The notes under the pieces were generated by a model. That model saw nothing but the letters and a program-made list of their open reading frames with translations. It ran no database searches and was not told where the DNA came from. Of a stretch of 64,000 nt of DNA, positions 47,671-56,950 are shown piece by piece. How positions within the stretch are numbered: the stretch's first letter is position 1; every line of letters starts with the position of its first letter. Position numbers and translations under genes: made by a program. This stretch comes from Oligoflexia bacterium. GTDB lineage: Bacteria; Bdellovibrionota; Bdellovibrionia; JABDDW01. The stretch lies in contig JAYTHU010000102.1 of assembly GCA_043732305.1 (NCBI GenBank), positions 59,750 through 123,749 of the forward strand, given 5' to 3'.

Positions 47671-48715
47671 CAAGCACCTTAGCGCCATCGCCTATTGAAG
47701 ATTCTAAAACCCGAATCCCAGAAATTGACAGCAATTCGTTTTTAATTTCACCAACGCGAATGTCATTGCAGAAAATAACCACGTTAGGACCTGCATCAAT
47801 TGTAAAGAAAACTTTGAATCCACGATTGCGCATGTCCCAAACTTTTTTCATCAAAGCAACAGTCTGCGCTTCCCAAAATAAAAGAGGCGGTGAAGAAGCT
47901 TGGGCGGAAGCATGCATCTTAAGACAATTTTCTTCACTCAAAACGGCAAGCTTTGAAAAATCTTTTTCCATGACAGCTTCACGAATCGCTTTCACATTTT
48001 TTTCTGCGAATTCAACCCACGATGAAAAATAGGGAGAACTCATTCGTGTGAGTTCCATGGCGTCAGTGGAGGGATTCATTTTTTCTTTCTCCTCAACTAT
48101 CGCTACAAAAACACCCAAGGGCCAGTGACCAACTCCGGCGATACTCTCAGCAATACTGTCACTGCCGTCGGGAGTTTCACCGCGATTCCATTGGACAAAT
48201 CCGCCAAAGAACGAGCGGCAAGCAGAGCCAGAACCTTGCCTGGATATCGCCGACAATTCTTCCTTGGAAATATCTAGTCCTAATGCGGAACAGCCGGCCA
48301 GTGCTAATGCAGATAACCCCGAGGCAGATGATGCCAGCCCGGCACCTGTGGGGAAATTATTGCGAGTTTGAATGCGAGCAAAGACGGGCAAAACAACGTC
48401 GTTTTGAGATCCACCTGCGGAAGAAGATCTAGATCTCAATAGATTTAAAACTAAGCGGGCTTTCTTGATAAAAGACCCATCGATTTTGATTTTACCATCA
48501 AGAAAAATACTGTCTTCGGTAAATTCTCGATTGAATTCTACAGTCGTGAAAGATCCTAAATCGTCAAGAGTCACAGATAGGCTGCTATTTTGTGGAAGAT
48601 TTAAACTCAGGTCACGTTTGCCCCAGTATTTTGCTAAGGCAATATTGGTTGGAGAAAACGCACGAGCCACTTTGGAATCAGGCAAAATTTCTAAATGTTC
48701 CCAATCAAATTTCAT
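47663..48715 (-). CDS. mvaD: Diphosphomevalonate decarboxylase
   Basis: NIALAKYWGKRD, NFPTGAGLASSASG, GSGSACRS, FTIDAGPN. Confidence 0.95.
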   Translation of the reverse strand: MKFDWEHLEILPDSKVARAFSPTNIALAKYWGKRDLSLNLPQNSSLSVTLDDLGSFTTVEFNREFTEDSIFLDGKIKIDGSFIKKARLVLNLLRSRSSSAGGSQNDVVLPVFARIQTRNNFPTGAGLASSASGLSALALAGCSALGLDISKEELSAISRQGSGSACRSFFGGFVQWNRGETPDGSDSIAESIAGVGHWPLGVFVAIVEEKEKMNPSTDAMELTRMSSPYFSSWVEFAEKNVKAIREAVMEKDFSKLAVLSEENCLKMHASAQASSPPLLFWEAQTVALMKKVWDMRNRGFKVFFTIDAGPNVVIFCNDIRVGEIKNELLSISGIRVLESSIGDGAKVLDA

Positions 48716-48716
48716 A

Positions 48717-49673
48717 TCAATGAGCCTCCACTAACGCCAAAACGGGTATTTTATTTTCGATCATTTTTCGAGAAATTTGCTTCCCGTCACCCTTTGGTGC
48801 CAGCAAAACAATGGCTCCACCGGTCCCGGCGCCGCTTACTTTTCCACTGAGCGCTCCCAAGGATTTAGCGCAGGAAATCATTTCTTCGATAACAGGATTC
48901 GATAAACTCAGCTCACGCAAAATCACATGAGCCTCGCTGACGATCTCACTCAATATTTTCAAACTTTCCCGTCCTGAGAATCGTAAATTTTCTTCGGCTT
49001 CATGAGCCATCACTTTGACTCGTAAAGAATAGCGCTCCCAAAGACTTGGGTTGGAATCTTTCATTCCGCTCACAAGCTTCACTAACTCGGACGTTCCCTT
49101 GCGCTCACCACTGTCTACCAAGATGAAATCGACTAAAGAATTATGGATAAATATTGGCTCAGAGTTTTTTTGAAACAATAGGGGCTTTTCTGTCCAAACC
49201 ACAGTGGCATCAACACCGCTCGGATTAGAGTGAAATGTTTTTTCCATAGTTTGCAAAATTTCTGAAGCTTGCGTTTCATTGGGCAATGACTGACCTAGCG
49301 ATTTTCTATACTCAATCATCGCTCTGAGAAGGGCAGCAGAAAAAGCCGCACTACTTCCAAACCCACGTGAAGTAGGAAAATCAGTTTTAGATAAAATAGT
49401 CCAACGTTCGAAATTATCTTTCATGCCTAGCGCGCTCAAAGTTGTTTTGAAAGTGCTCGTCATTTTTGAATTCACAGTCATGGGAGCAGCGATTCCCTGA
49501 ATCAATGCCTGCATTTGGGTTTTCATGAGATTTGAGTTCTGGGAGATATATTGCAACTGGACTTCACTGTTGAGCGCTTGAATCGGAAAGGCAATCGCCG
49601 GACTGCCGTGAGCCACAAAATGGTCTCCAACTAAAATAAATTTTCCGCAAGCACGACCTTTAAACATCTTCAT
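48717..49673 (-). CDS. mvk: Mevalonate kinase
   Basis: GKFILVGDH, GFGSSAA, HSNPSGVD, KVSGAGTGG. Confidence 0.85.
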   Translation of the reverse strand: MKMFKGRACGKFILVGDHFVAHGSPAIAFPIQALNSEVQLQYISQNSNLMKTQMQALIQGIAAPMTVNSKMTSTFKTTLSALGMKDNFERWTILSKTDFPTSRGFGSSAAFSAALLRAMIEYRKSLGQSLPNETQASEILQTMEKTFHSNPSGVDATVVWTEKPLLFQKNSEPIFIHNSLVDFILVDSGERKGTSELVKLVSGMKDSNPSLWERYSLRVKVMAHEAEENLRFSGRESLKILSEIVSEAHVILRELSLSNPVIEEMISCAKSLGALSGKVSGAGTGGAIVLLAPKGDGKQISRKMIENKIPVLALVEAH

Positions 49674-50752
49674 TATTCAACTGCCGTAAGATCTAAAGCT
49701 TTGAGCAAAGTTTTAGATTTAAGTTCTGAGACATTTGCCGAACCGGTCAAAAACATCACGACTCGTAACTCTTCCAAAACCTTTTCTATAGCTTCTACTA
49801 CGGCTTCGGTTGATTGTTCGGCAGCTTTTAAAAATGGCAATGCCATGCCCGCCGCATCAGCCCCAAGGGCAAGCGCTTTAGCAACTTCGATTCCGGATCT
49901 CAGTCCACCGGAAGCAAGCACCGTCAAATCAGGACATTCATCACGACATATAATAATACTTTCAGGAGTTGGAGTTCCCCAACGAGCAAACATTTCACCG
50001 GTGGATTTTTGAATGGTGTTATTTGCTCTCAAGCTTTCAATCTTAGACCAAGACGTCCCGCCGACCCCGGCAGTTTCAATGCCAGCCACCGGCAATGTTT
50101 TAATTTTACGCGCAGTGGCTCGAGAAATTCCTGACCCGACTTCTTTAATGATTACCGGAATTTTTAAATTTGGAATCAATTCCGAAAGTTTATTCATCAG
50201 GCCTGAAAAATTCGTGTCCCCCTCAGGCTGAATAGATTCTTGGAGTGGATTGAGATGAAAATTAAAAGCATCACACTGAATCGACTCAATCAGTATTGCA
50301 ATCTGCTGGGCTGTCGCACCATAATTTAATTGTACGGCTCCAATATTTCCAACCAACAAGGGAAGGGTTGGTGCATGCTTTTTAACGTCAAAACTTGCTC
50401 GAGTTATCGGACTCTCCAACATTTTCCGTTGAGAACCCAGTGACATTCCCACTTGGCAAAAAGCCGCGGCTTCGGCCAATCGACGATTGATCAATGCCGC
50501 GTGTTCTGTTCCGCCAGTCATAGCGCCAATAAAAAGCGGAGCGTCTAACTTTTTTCCGAAAAGTGTTACAGAAAGATCGATTTCGGATTTGTTGATCTCA
50601 GGAAGAGCGTCATGTTCGAATCGAAAAGACGCGAAACCACTAGCAGTCGGGGAGTAAAATTCGATCCCTTCCTCAAGGCAAATTTGCAGATGCGAATCTT
50701 TGCGATCTAAGTTGGCAGCTATAGTGGCTGAGGTGACATCTGTAGGTAACAT
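49673..50752 (-). CDS. fni: Type 2 isopentenyl-diphosphate isomerase
   Basis: RKDSH, AMTGG, GSQR, HLNPLQE..QPEGD, KEVGSG, GGTSW, ASGGLR. Confidence 0.95.
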   Translation of the reverse strand: MLPTDVTSATIAANLDRKDSHLQICLEEGIEFYSPTASGFASFRFEHDALPEINKSEIDLSVTLFGKKLDAPLFIGAMTGGTEHAALINRRLAEAAAFCQVGMSLGSQRKMLESPITRASFDVKKHAPTLPLLVGNIGAVQLNYGATAQQIAILIESIQCDAFNFHLNPLQESIQPEGDTNFSGLMNKLSELIPNLKIPVIIKEVGSGISRATARKIKTLPVAGIETAGVGGTSWSKIESLRANNTIQKSTGEMFARWGTPTPESIIICRDECPDLTVLASGGLRSGIEVAKALALGADAAGMALPFLKAAEQSTEAVVEAIEKVLEELRVVMFLTGSANVSELKSKTLLKALDLTAVE

Positions 50753-50870
50753 TCCCTCATTTTATAGTCCTTTCTGCTCTCAATGTCTTGTAAAAATGAC
50801 TCAAAGCCCCGTCCCTTGGAAAATATATATTACCGTTCTAAATCATGGCAAAAACTGATAAAAAGAAACC

Positions 50871-52457
50871 ATGAAAACCTTTAAAATTCTTTCCAGTTTT
50901 GCCCTCATATTGACTCTCTTCGGAACCAATGCTCGCGCATTAGACGTGGCGAGCTTTGAACATCTAGCAGTTCAAGACGGTGGAAGAATAAAACCATTCG
51001 ACACTTTCGCACGTGAAACGGTTCAACTCATCACGGGTTCGCAGGGATACCAAAAACGTAACGACACAGAACTAGTACTCGCTTGGTTATTTTTTCCTGA
51101 TCAATGGCGTGACATGCGCTTCATTCAGATCAAACATCTTCAATTAAAAAAAGATCTTGGAATTCCAGAAACTCAAGTTTTTCTAAGTCCCAATGACATC
51201 ACACAGAACAAACAGTTGGTGCCACTTTTCAATCAATTGAACGAGCAGCAAAAAGCAAAGCATAAATTAAATAATTACTTTTCCGCAGTGTCTCGCTTAA
51301 ATAATCAAGTTTTGGCTTACCAAGAAATCATTTCTGGTCAGTCGATCAAACTTTTACCGCAACAAATATCCGCTGATTGGTTAGCGCTCTCTGAACTGAA
51401 AGATGAATCCAAAGAAAAATTCACTCAAGTTTCGGCAGGATATTTCACAGCCATTGCAAAAAATAGCCCAGAAATGTTCGAGCAAACCACTAGCGATTTT
51501 AGAAAATATGCAACTTCACTTGCCCCACATGTTTATCCTTCCCGCAGTGATCTCAACGCAGAAGTTCTTTACAATCAACTGCACCCATTCAGATGGGCGT
51601 ATGTTTTTTATCTGATGGCCACTTTGCTCTTTGCTTTTTCTTGGAGACGTACGGCACTTGCCGTGACTCTCGTTGGCTGGAGCATTCATGTTTTGGGATT
51701 TTTATTTCGATGCTACATTGCCGGCAGACCGCCCGTCTCGAATATGTACGAATCCGTTATTTGGGTTTCACTGGGTTGCGTGACCTTCGGACTTATTTTC
51801 GAATTTATTTATAAGAAACGGTTTATTGGAATGGCCGGGGCGGCGATGGGAACTCTCGCGCTGATAGTTGGAGACGCGGTTCCTGCGGTTTTGGATCAGA
51901 GCATACGTCCGCTAGAACCAGTTCTGCGCAGCAACTACTGGCTCACTATTCACGTTTTGACCATCACTCTCAGCTACGCAGCTTTCGCCCTTGCAACGGG
52001 TGTCGGAAACATCGGGCTCTATTATTACGCTAGAGGAAAACAAAAGGAAAATCGTGAAAGACTCAATAGTCTTGCTCTCTATACATATCGAGCGATGCAA
52101 GTTGGAGTTTTGCTTTTGACTGCGGGAACAATTCTCGGTGGTGTTTGGGCCGATTATTCTTGGGGTCGATTCTGGGGATGGGATCCAAAAGAAACTTGGG
52201 CACTCATTGCAGATCTTGGATATCTCGCAGTTTTGCACGGAAGATTTTCGGGATGGCTCAAAACTTTTGGAACTTTATCTGCAGCTGTCTGCGCTTTTGC
52301 GTGCGTGATAATGGCTTGGTACGGCGTAAACTTTGTTCTTGGCGTCGGACTTCACAGTTATGGTTTTGGCGGCGGCGGAGTTCAATACGTCAGTGGCGTG
52401 TTAGTGCTTCAGTTTCTCTTTGTGGCCTATGCCGCATACAAACATAAACATGCCTGA
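50871..52457 (+). CDS. ccsA: System II cytochrome c biogenesis protein CcsA with extra N-terminal periplasmic domain
   Basis: GRIKPFDT, NMYES, WLTIHV, WADYSWGRFWGWDPKETW, GLHSY. Confidence 0.92.
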   Translation: MKTFKILSSFALILTLFGTNARALDVASFEHLAVQDGGRIKPFDTFARETVQLITGSQGYQKRNDTELVLAWLFFPDQWRDMRFIQIKHLQLKKDLGIPETQVFLSPNDITQNKQLVPLFNQLNEQQKAKHKLNNYFSAVSRLNNQVLAYQEIISGQSIKLLPQQISADWLALSELKDESKEKFTQVSAGYFTAIAKNSPEMFEQTTSDFRKYATSLAPHVYPSRSDLNAEVLYNQLHPFRWAYVFYLMATLLFAFSWRRTALAVTLVGWSIHVLGFLFRCYIAGRPPVSNMYESVIWVSLGCVTFGLIFEFIYKKRFIGMAGAAMGTLALIVGDAVPAVLDQSIRPLEPVLRSNYWLTIHVLTITLSYAAFALATGVGNIGLYYYARGKQKENRERLNSLALYTYRAMQVGVLLLTAGTILGGVWADYSWGRFWGWDPKETWALIADLGYLAVLHGRFSGWLKTFGTLSAAVCAFACVIMAWYGVNFVLGVGLHSYGFGGGGVQYVSGVLVLQFLFVAYAAYKHKHA

Positions 52458-53670
52458 GCTACTGTCCTGGATATACGTTGATCTAAATAGTTTTTTTGCA
52501 TCTTGCGAGCAGCAAGAAAATCCTAAGTTGCGTGGGAAACCAGTAGCCGTAGTCGCGGTCATGACGGACACAACTAGCTGCATCGCTGCGAGCTACGAAG
52601 CCAAACGTTACGGAGTGAAAACTGGAACTCGGGTGACTGAAGCGCGCGCCATGTGTCCTGGCATCCAGTTCATCGAAGCCGATCACGAGATTTACACCAA
52701 ATATCATCACAAGATCAAAGAAGCAGTTGAAAGCTGCATCCCGGTTGATGGGGTCATGTCGATTGACGAATTTTCAGCTCGGCTAACTGGGTCACAACGT
52801 ACTGAAGAAAAAGCTCGAGCTATCGGCGAACAAATTCGTCAGAAAATTAAAGACACAGTAGGTGTTGCGATCACCTGTTCCATTGGAATTGCCACCAGCA
52901 GATTTCTGGCAAAGGTTGCAACGGACATGCAGAAACCAAATGGCATGACCGTGATTAAAAAATCCGATCTGCCCGGGAAACTTTATTCGTTGGTACTCAG
53001 AGATCTGCCTGGGGTCGGTGAAAAAATGGAACAGAAGCTGAATGCAAAAGGGATTCATTCGATCCAAAAACTTCTGAGTCTAAATAAAGATCAAATGACA
53101 TCACTCTGGGGCGGGATCTGGGGCACGCGAATGTTTTTATGGCTTAAAGGCGAAGAGGTAGATCTTCCAGCTTCTAAAACCTATTCCATTAGTCATCAAC
53201 ATGTTCTGCCACCTGAAAAACGCTCCAGCGCTGGCGCGCTTGATATTGGAAAAAAGCTTTTATCAAAGCTCGCAATCCGTCTTAGAAAAACGGGAAGCTT
53301 CACAAGGAAAATGACGGTGCATGTGAAATTCACCGGAAACTTTGAGCAATCCTGGGAGCGCACCGACTATTTTGATGAACTTCGAGACACCGTGAGCCTC
53401 AATCACAAACTCACAAAACTGTGGGAAGAATTTCCTGAACGATCAACACCACTGAGAGTGGATATTGTTTTTTCCGATCTTATCCAACAAGACTCTCATC
53501 AGTTTTCGTTTTTTGAGAATCCTCGCTTGGACAAACTTGCTTCCGTGATGGACAAAATCAATGCCAAACACGGAAGAGACAAAATTCATCTAGGCGCAAC
53601 TCACGATCAAGAAGAAGCTGCTCCCACAAGAATTGCTTTTAGAAGAATTCCCGATCTGGATGAGTTTTAG
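52450..53670 (+). CDS. dinB: Y-family DNA polymerase (Pol IV/DinB-like)
   Basis: YVDLNSFFAS, IAASYEAK, SIDE, AKVATD..KPNG, LPGVG. Confidence 0.88.
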   Translation: MPELLSWIYVDLNSFFASCEQQENPKLRGKPVAVVAVMTDTTSCIAASYEAKRYGVKTGTRVTEARAMCPGIQFIEADHEIYTKYHHKIKEAVESCIPVDGVMSIDEFSARLTGSQRTEEKARAIGEQIRQKIKDTVGVAITCSIGIATSRFLAKVATDMQKPNGMTVIKKSDLPGKLYSLVLRDLPGVGEKMEQKLNAKGIHSIQKLLSLNKDQMTSLWGGIWGTRMFLWLKGEEVDLPASKTYSISHQHVLPPEKRSSAGALDIGKKLLSKLAIRLRKTGSFTRKMTVHVKFTGNFEQSWERTDYFDELRDTVSLNHKLTKLWEEFPERSTPLRVDIVFSDLIQQDSHQFSFFENPRLDKLASVMDKINAKHGRDKIHLGATHDQEEAAPTRIAFRRIPDLDEF

Positions 53671-53671
53671 T

Positions 53672-54751
53672 TTAATTTTGTGTTTGCGCTTGTATCCCGA
53701 GTTTTAATCTCAAGCGTTGTTTTGCAATCCCATTTAGCACATCCCGATCGTCGAGCGGAGCACGTGCATATTTCGCGAGAATTATGTTTTCTATTTCCTT
53801 GAGTTGATTTGAAAACAATCGAAGCGAAGGAGCGTGAGATGCATCAAACTGGTTTTCTAATTCGGATCTACTCTTCCTAACGGAAATCAAGAGCCGACCA
53901 TTTACCACCGAATTGGTCAAATAGATGGAGGATCGAGAATAATCAGTCAACCGCACAAGAGAATTCAAAACATCATCGCCGAAATTTCTCTGAAAAGTGT
54001 TTTGAGAACTCAGCAATTGTGAAGTTATATTTAATATACCTTTATCAATAGAATTTAATTGACGCTCAACTTCACGACTCGTCCATTCATTCTGAGTTTT
54101 ACTTAGGACAGACCAATAGTTGAAATATTTCAATATTTCGCTGGGGTTTTTTGATTCCCACATTAAAGTTCGGTAACGAAAATAATTTCTAGCATGATGG
54201 TTGGTAACCATATCTTTAAAATATTCGCCTATACCTTTTTTAAAGATCAGCTGTATTCGATTGTCAAATAATCGAAGTACTGGTTTTTTTGTAAGGGAGA
54301 GAATAGTTCTTTTATCTGAAGGAGTAAGGTCACCAAGTGTCATTTCTAAAAGTTCCGAGAGCTTAGGATCAGCATCAGCGAAATACACTAGATTCTTAAA
54401 CACTGAAATCTCAGGAAAATCGATGGGCAAAGCCAAAATTCTCCGGCGCACTCCTTGCCATAACTCTTTACCATTTGCTCCCATAGATGCTGACTCAAGT
54501 TCATCTCTAATCGGCCCAAAAATTAAACTTTTCTCAATACCAAGATTCACGATCACAACATGAATATCATCTGGAGAAGGATCGACGTGTCCTTCAAATG
54601 GTTCTAGTTTTTGGGAGAGATCTAGAATACGAGTACAAATACTGGAAGCCGAAAACGGACTTATAGATTTCGAGGAAGCTAAGCTGCTAAGGTGAATAGC
54701 AGACAGGCATAAAAATAGAACGACATTTTTTATGAGTTGAGAATGCATCAT
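53672..54751 (-). CDS. Secreted hypothetical protein
   Basis: 359 aa, N-terminal signal-like segment, upstream sigma54 motif; no family recognised. Confidence 0.72.
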   Translation of the reverse strand: MMHSQLIKNVVLFLCLSAIHLSSLASSKSISPFSASSICTRILDLSQKLEPFEGHVDPSPDDIHVVIVNLGIEKSLIFGPIRDELESASMGANGKELWQGVRRRILALPIDFPEISVFKNLVYFADADPKLSELLEMTLGDLTPSDKRTILSLTKKPVLRLFDNRIQLIFKKGIGEYFKDMVTNHHARNYFRYRTLMWESKNPSEILKYFNYWSVLSKTQNEWTSREVERQLNSIDKGILNITSQLLSSQNTFQRNFGDDVLNSLVRLTDYSRSSIYLTNSVVNGRLLISVRKSRSELENQFDASHAPSLRLFSNQLKEIENIILAKYARAPLDDRDVLNGIAKQRLRLKLGIQAQTQN

Positions 54752-54767
54752 TTCATTTCAAATTATT

Positions 54768-54783
54768 AGCAAGGCATATGCCA
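54768..54783 (-). promoter_or_regulatory. Putative sigma54 promoter
   Basis: Minus-strand TGGCATATGCCTTGCT, near-perfect TGGCAC-N5-TTGC consensus. Confidence 0.72.
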
Positions 54784-54804
54784 CAGACAACCAAGCTATA
54801 AGGA

Positions 54805-55485
54805 CTATGAAGAGCTGGCAGTGTCAATGGTTTCAACAGTTCCATTTTTAAGCATCAAAACGGAAGCCGCCAAAGCTTCCACATCTCTCTGGTCGTGAGT
54901 CACGAGTACAAAAGGAATCTTGAACTCCTGATTTAGTTCTTGGACCAACTCCCTGGCCTGAGTTTTCAAATTCTCATCGAGAGCACTGAAAGGTTCATCT
55001 AAGAGAAGAATTTTCGGCTTGAGCAATAGTGCTCGCGCTAAAGAAACTCGCTGACTCTCTCCACCTGAAAGTATTTTTGTTTTCTTCTTCATAATTTTGG
55101 TGAGAGAAAGTCTTTCGGTGATTCTCTCCGCTTCACCCAACCATTGTTTTTTAGGAAGCCCTTTGGCCTCGGCAGGAAACACGATGTTCTCCCAAGCAGT
55201 CATGTGTGGAAAGAGCCCATGATCCTGAAACACGATTCCCACCTGACGTTTACTCGGTGGGAAAAGGGCCAGGTCATTGCCTTTGACTATAAGTTTGAAA
55301 GGGGAAGAGCCCTTTGGCGAAAACTTTTTAGGATCTAGCAGTCCAGCCATCACCCACAGCAGAGTAGATTTTCCACTTCCGCTTTCTCCGAGGACACAGC
55401 TCACTTTTTCATCACTGAACTCCCAGTTGGGAATGACGAGTTTAAAACCATCCTGGATAAAAACTAAATTCTCAATTTTCGCCAT
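54805..55485 (-). CDS. ABC transporter ATPase (ThiQ-like)
   Basis: GESGSGKS, VFQD..LFPHM, LSGGE.QR, LLLDEPFSALD, VTHD. Confidence 0.88.
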   Translation of the reverse strand: MAKIENLVFIQDGFKLVIPNWEFSDEKVSCVLGESGSGKSTLLWVMAGLLDPKKFSPKGSSPFKLIVKGNDLALFPPSKRQVGIVFQDHGLFPHMTAWENIVFPAEAKGLPKKQWLGEAERITERLSLTKIMKKKTKILSGGESQRVSLARALLLKPKILLLDEPFSALDENLKTQARELVQELNQEFKIPFVLVTHDQRDVEALAASVLMLKNGTVETIDTASSS

Positions 55486-56950
55486 GCAAAAGCGCCTCGC
55501 TTGCTAGAGATCCTATTATTCCGAAAGCTAAAAGAAAGAGCGAGCAAACCGCAGCTCCCTCTAAACGATACTGAGACAATAGCGACTGCACAAAAAGTGG
55601 CAAAGTGGCGCCCGCTGGAGAAAGAATTGAAGCGATAGAAAATTCCCCAATGGACCAAGAGAAAGCCAAAAGTCCGCCCAACAAATAGACTTTAGCATTC
55701 AAGGGGAAGAAAACTTTTCTCATCATAAAAAAGAAATCGCCCTTCCAGATGGTCATGACGGGATAATATCTTCGCTGCATTTCCATCAAGGGATAGGCAA
55801 TGACTCTTTGGACAATCAGATAAATTCCCAATGTTTCAAATATTGTCAGCGCTAAAAATAAGCTAATGGAATTGTTGAATGTCGAAGTGGAAAAAAGAAT
55901 AAAACCTGCAAGACCCAGTATCACCGAACTCCACGTCGGAAGTTTTAACAATAGAGTAGAACTCCCCCGCATATTCCACAACAGAGTTAAGACCATCACG
56001 GTCATTCCCACCGCAAGCGCTACCAGCAGAGACAGGAGTAATGAATTATTGAGCCCATTTTCAAGCATGGCAGGAAATGTGGGAAAATTTTCAAGAGCCA
56101 TCTGAATTATTTTTAAATAAGGTAAAAATAAAATGCTAATCACTGTCCAAAGAGCCAACAGACTAAATCTAAAATTTAGTTTCTTGGAACAGGCAAATAG
56201 ATCGGAAGCCATTTGACTCGCCTTCGCTTTTTCTTGCCTGACAAAAGGAAGTTTACGATACACAGCTAGAAAAACTCCAAATTGCAATAGCGCCTGAGCA
56301 AAAGCCACACCCACTGCTCCGCTAATATCTCCAGCTGATTTCAATTTTTCATATATCAAAACCTCAAGAGTGCTTGCTTGCGGTCCACCACCCAATGAAA
56401 GTGGAATGACTAAACTTCCTAGGCAAAAAACGAACACCAAGGCAAAAGTACTGGCAAAAACAGGCAGCAATAGTGGCAACATGATTTTTCTAAAATAGAA
56501 TAGCCGGGAAGCGTCTAAAAATTCGGCAAGTCCCGCCCATTGCAATTCAATCTGGGAAGCCTTTTCACCGAGAATTAAAAGGCAAAATCCTGCATTGACG
56601 GCCACGTGTCCAACGATCACTCCCCAAAATCCAAAAGGAAATCCAGCAGAGAATTGAGCGAAAGTGATTAGCAATCCCAAGACAACAAATATTGTAGAAA
56701 CTATTTGTGGGAAAATTAATAATGTTCGTGCCAAAAATTTCCCGCGCTTCAAAACGGCATATCCAGGAATGGCTATCAAAACGAGAGTCGTTGAAACAAC
56801 ACTGCTCACAAAAGCTTGAATCAAAGTGAATTTTAGCGCTGATAGAAATTCCCCGGACGTATAAATTGAAGCGAAAAAATGAGAATCAAATCCGTGCAAT
56901 CGCGAAAGAAGTATTGCCAGCGGGAAAAAAGCAAAAAAGGCAAAAATCAT
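55472..56950 (-). CDS. ABC transporter permease (ThiP-like, two-repeat)
   Basis: FTLIQAFVS, LGGGP..STLEV.IY, SIGEF; lies between a ThiB-like SBP and an ATPase. Confidence 0.8.
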   Translation of the reverse strand: MIFAFFAFFPLAILLSRLHGFDSHFFASIYTSGEFLSALKFTLIQAFVSSVVSTTLVLIAIPGYAVLKRGKFLARTLLIFPQIVSTIFVVLGLLITFAQFSAGFPFGFWGVIVGHVAVNAGFCLLILGEKASQIELQWAGLAEFLDASRLFYFRKIMLPLLLPVFASTFALVFVFCLGSLVIPLSLGGGPQASTLEVLIYEKLKSAGDISGAVGVAFAQALLQFGVFLAVYRKLPFVRQEKAKASQMASDLFACSKKLNFRFSLLALWTVISILFLPYLKIIQMALENFPTFPAMLENGLNNSLLLSLLVALAVGMTVMVLTLLWNMRGSSTLLLKLPTWSSVILGLAGFILFSTSTFNNSISLFLALTIFETLGIYLIVQRVIAYPLMEMQRRYYPVMTIWKGDFFFMMRKVFFPLNAKVYLLGGLLAFSWSIGEFSIASILSPAGATLPLFVQSLLSQYRLEGAAVCSLFLLAFGIIGSLASEALLHGEN

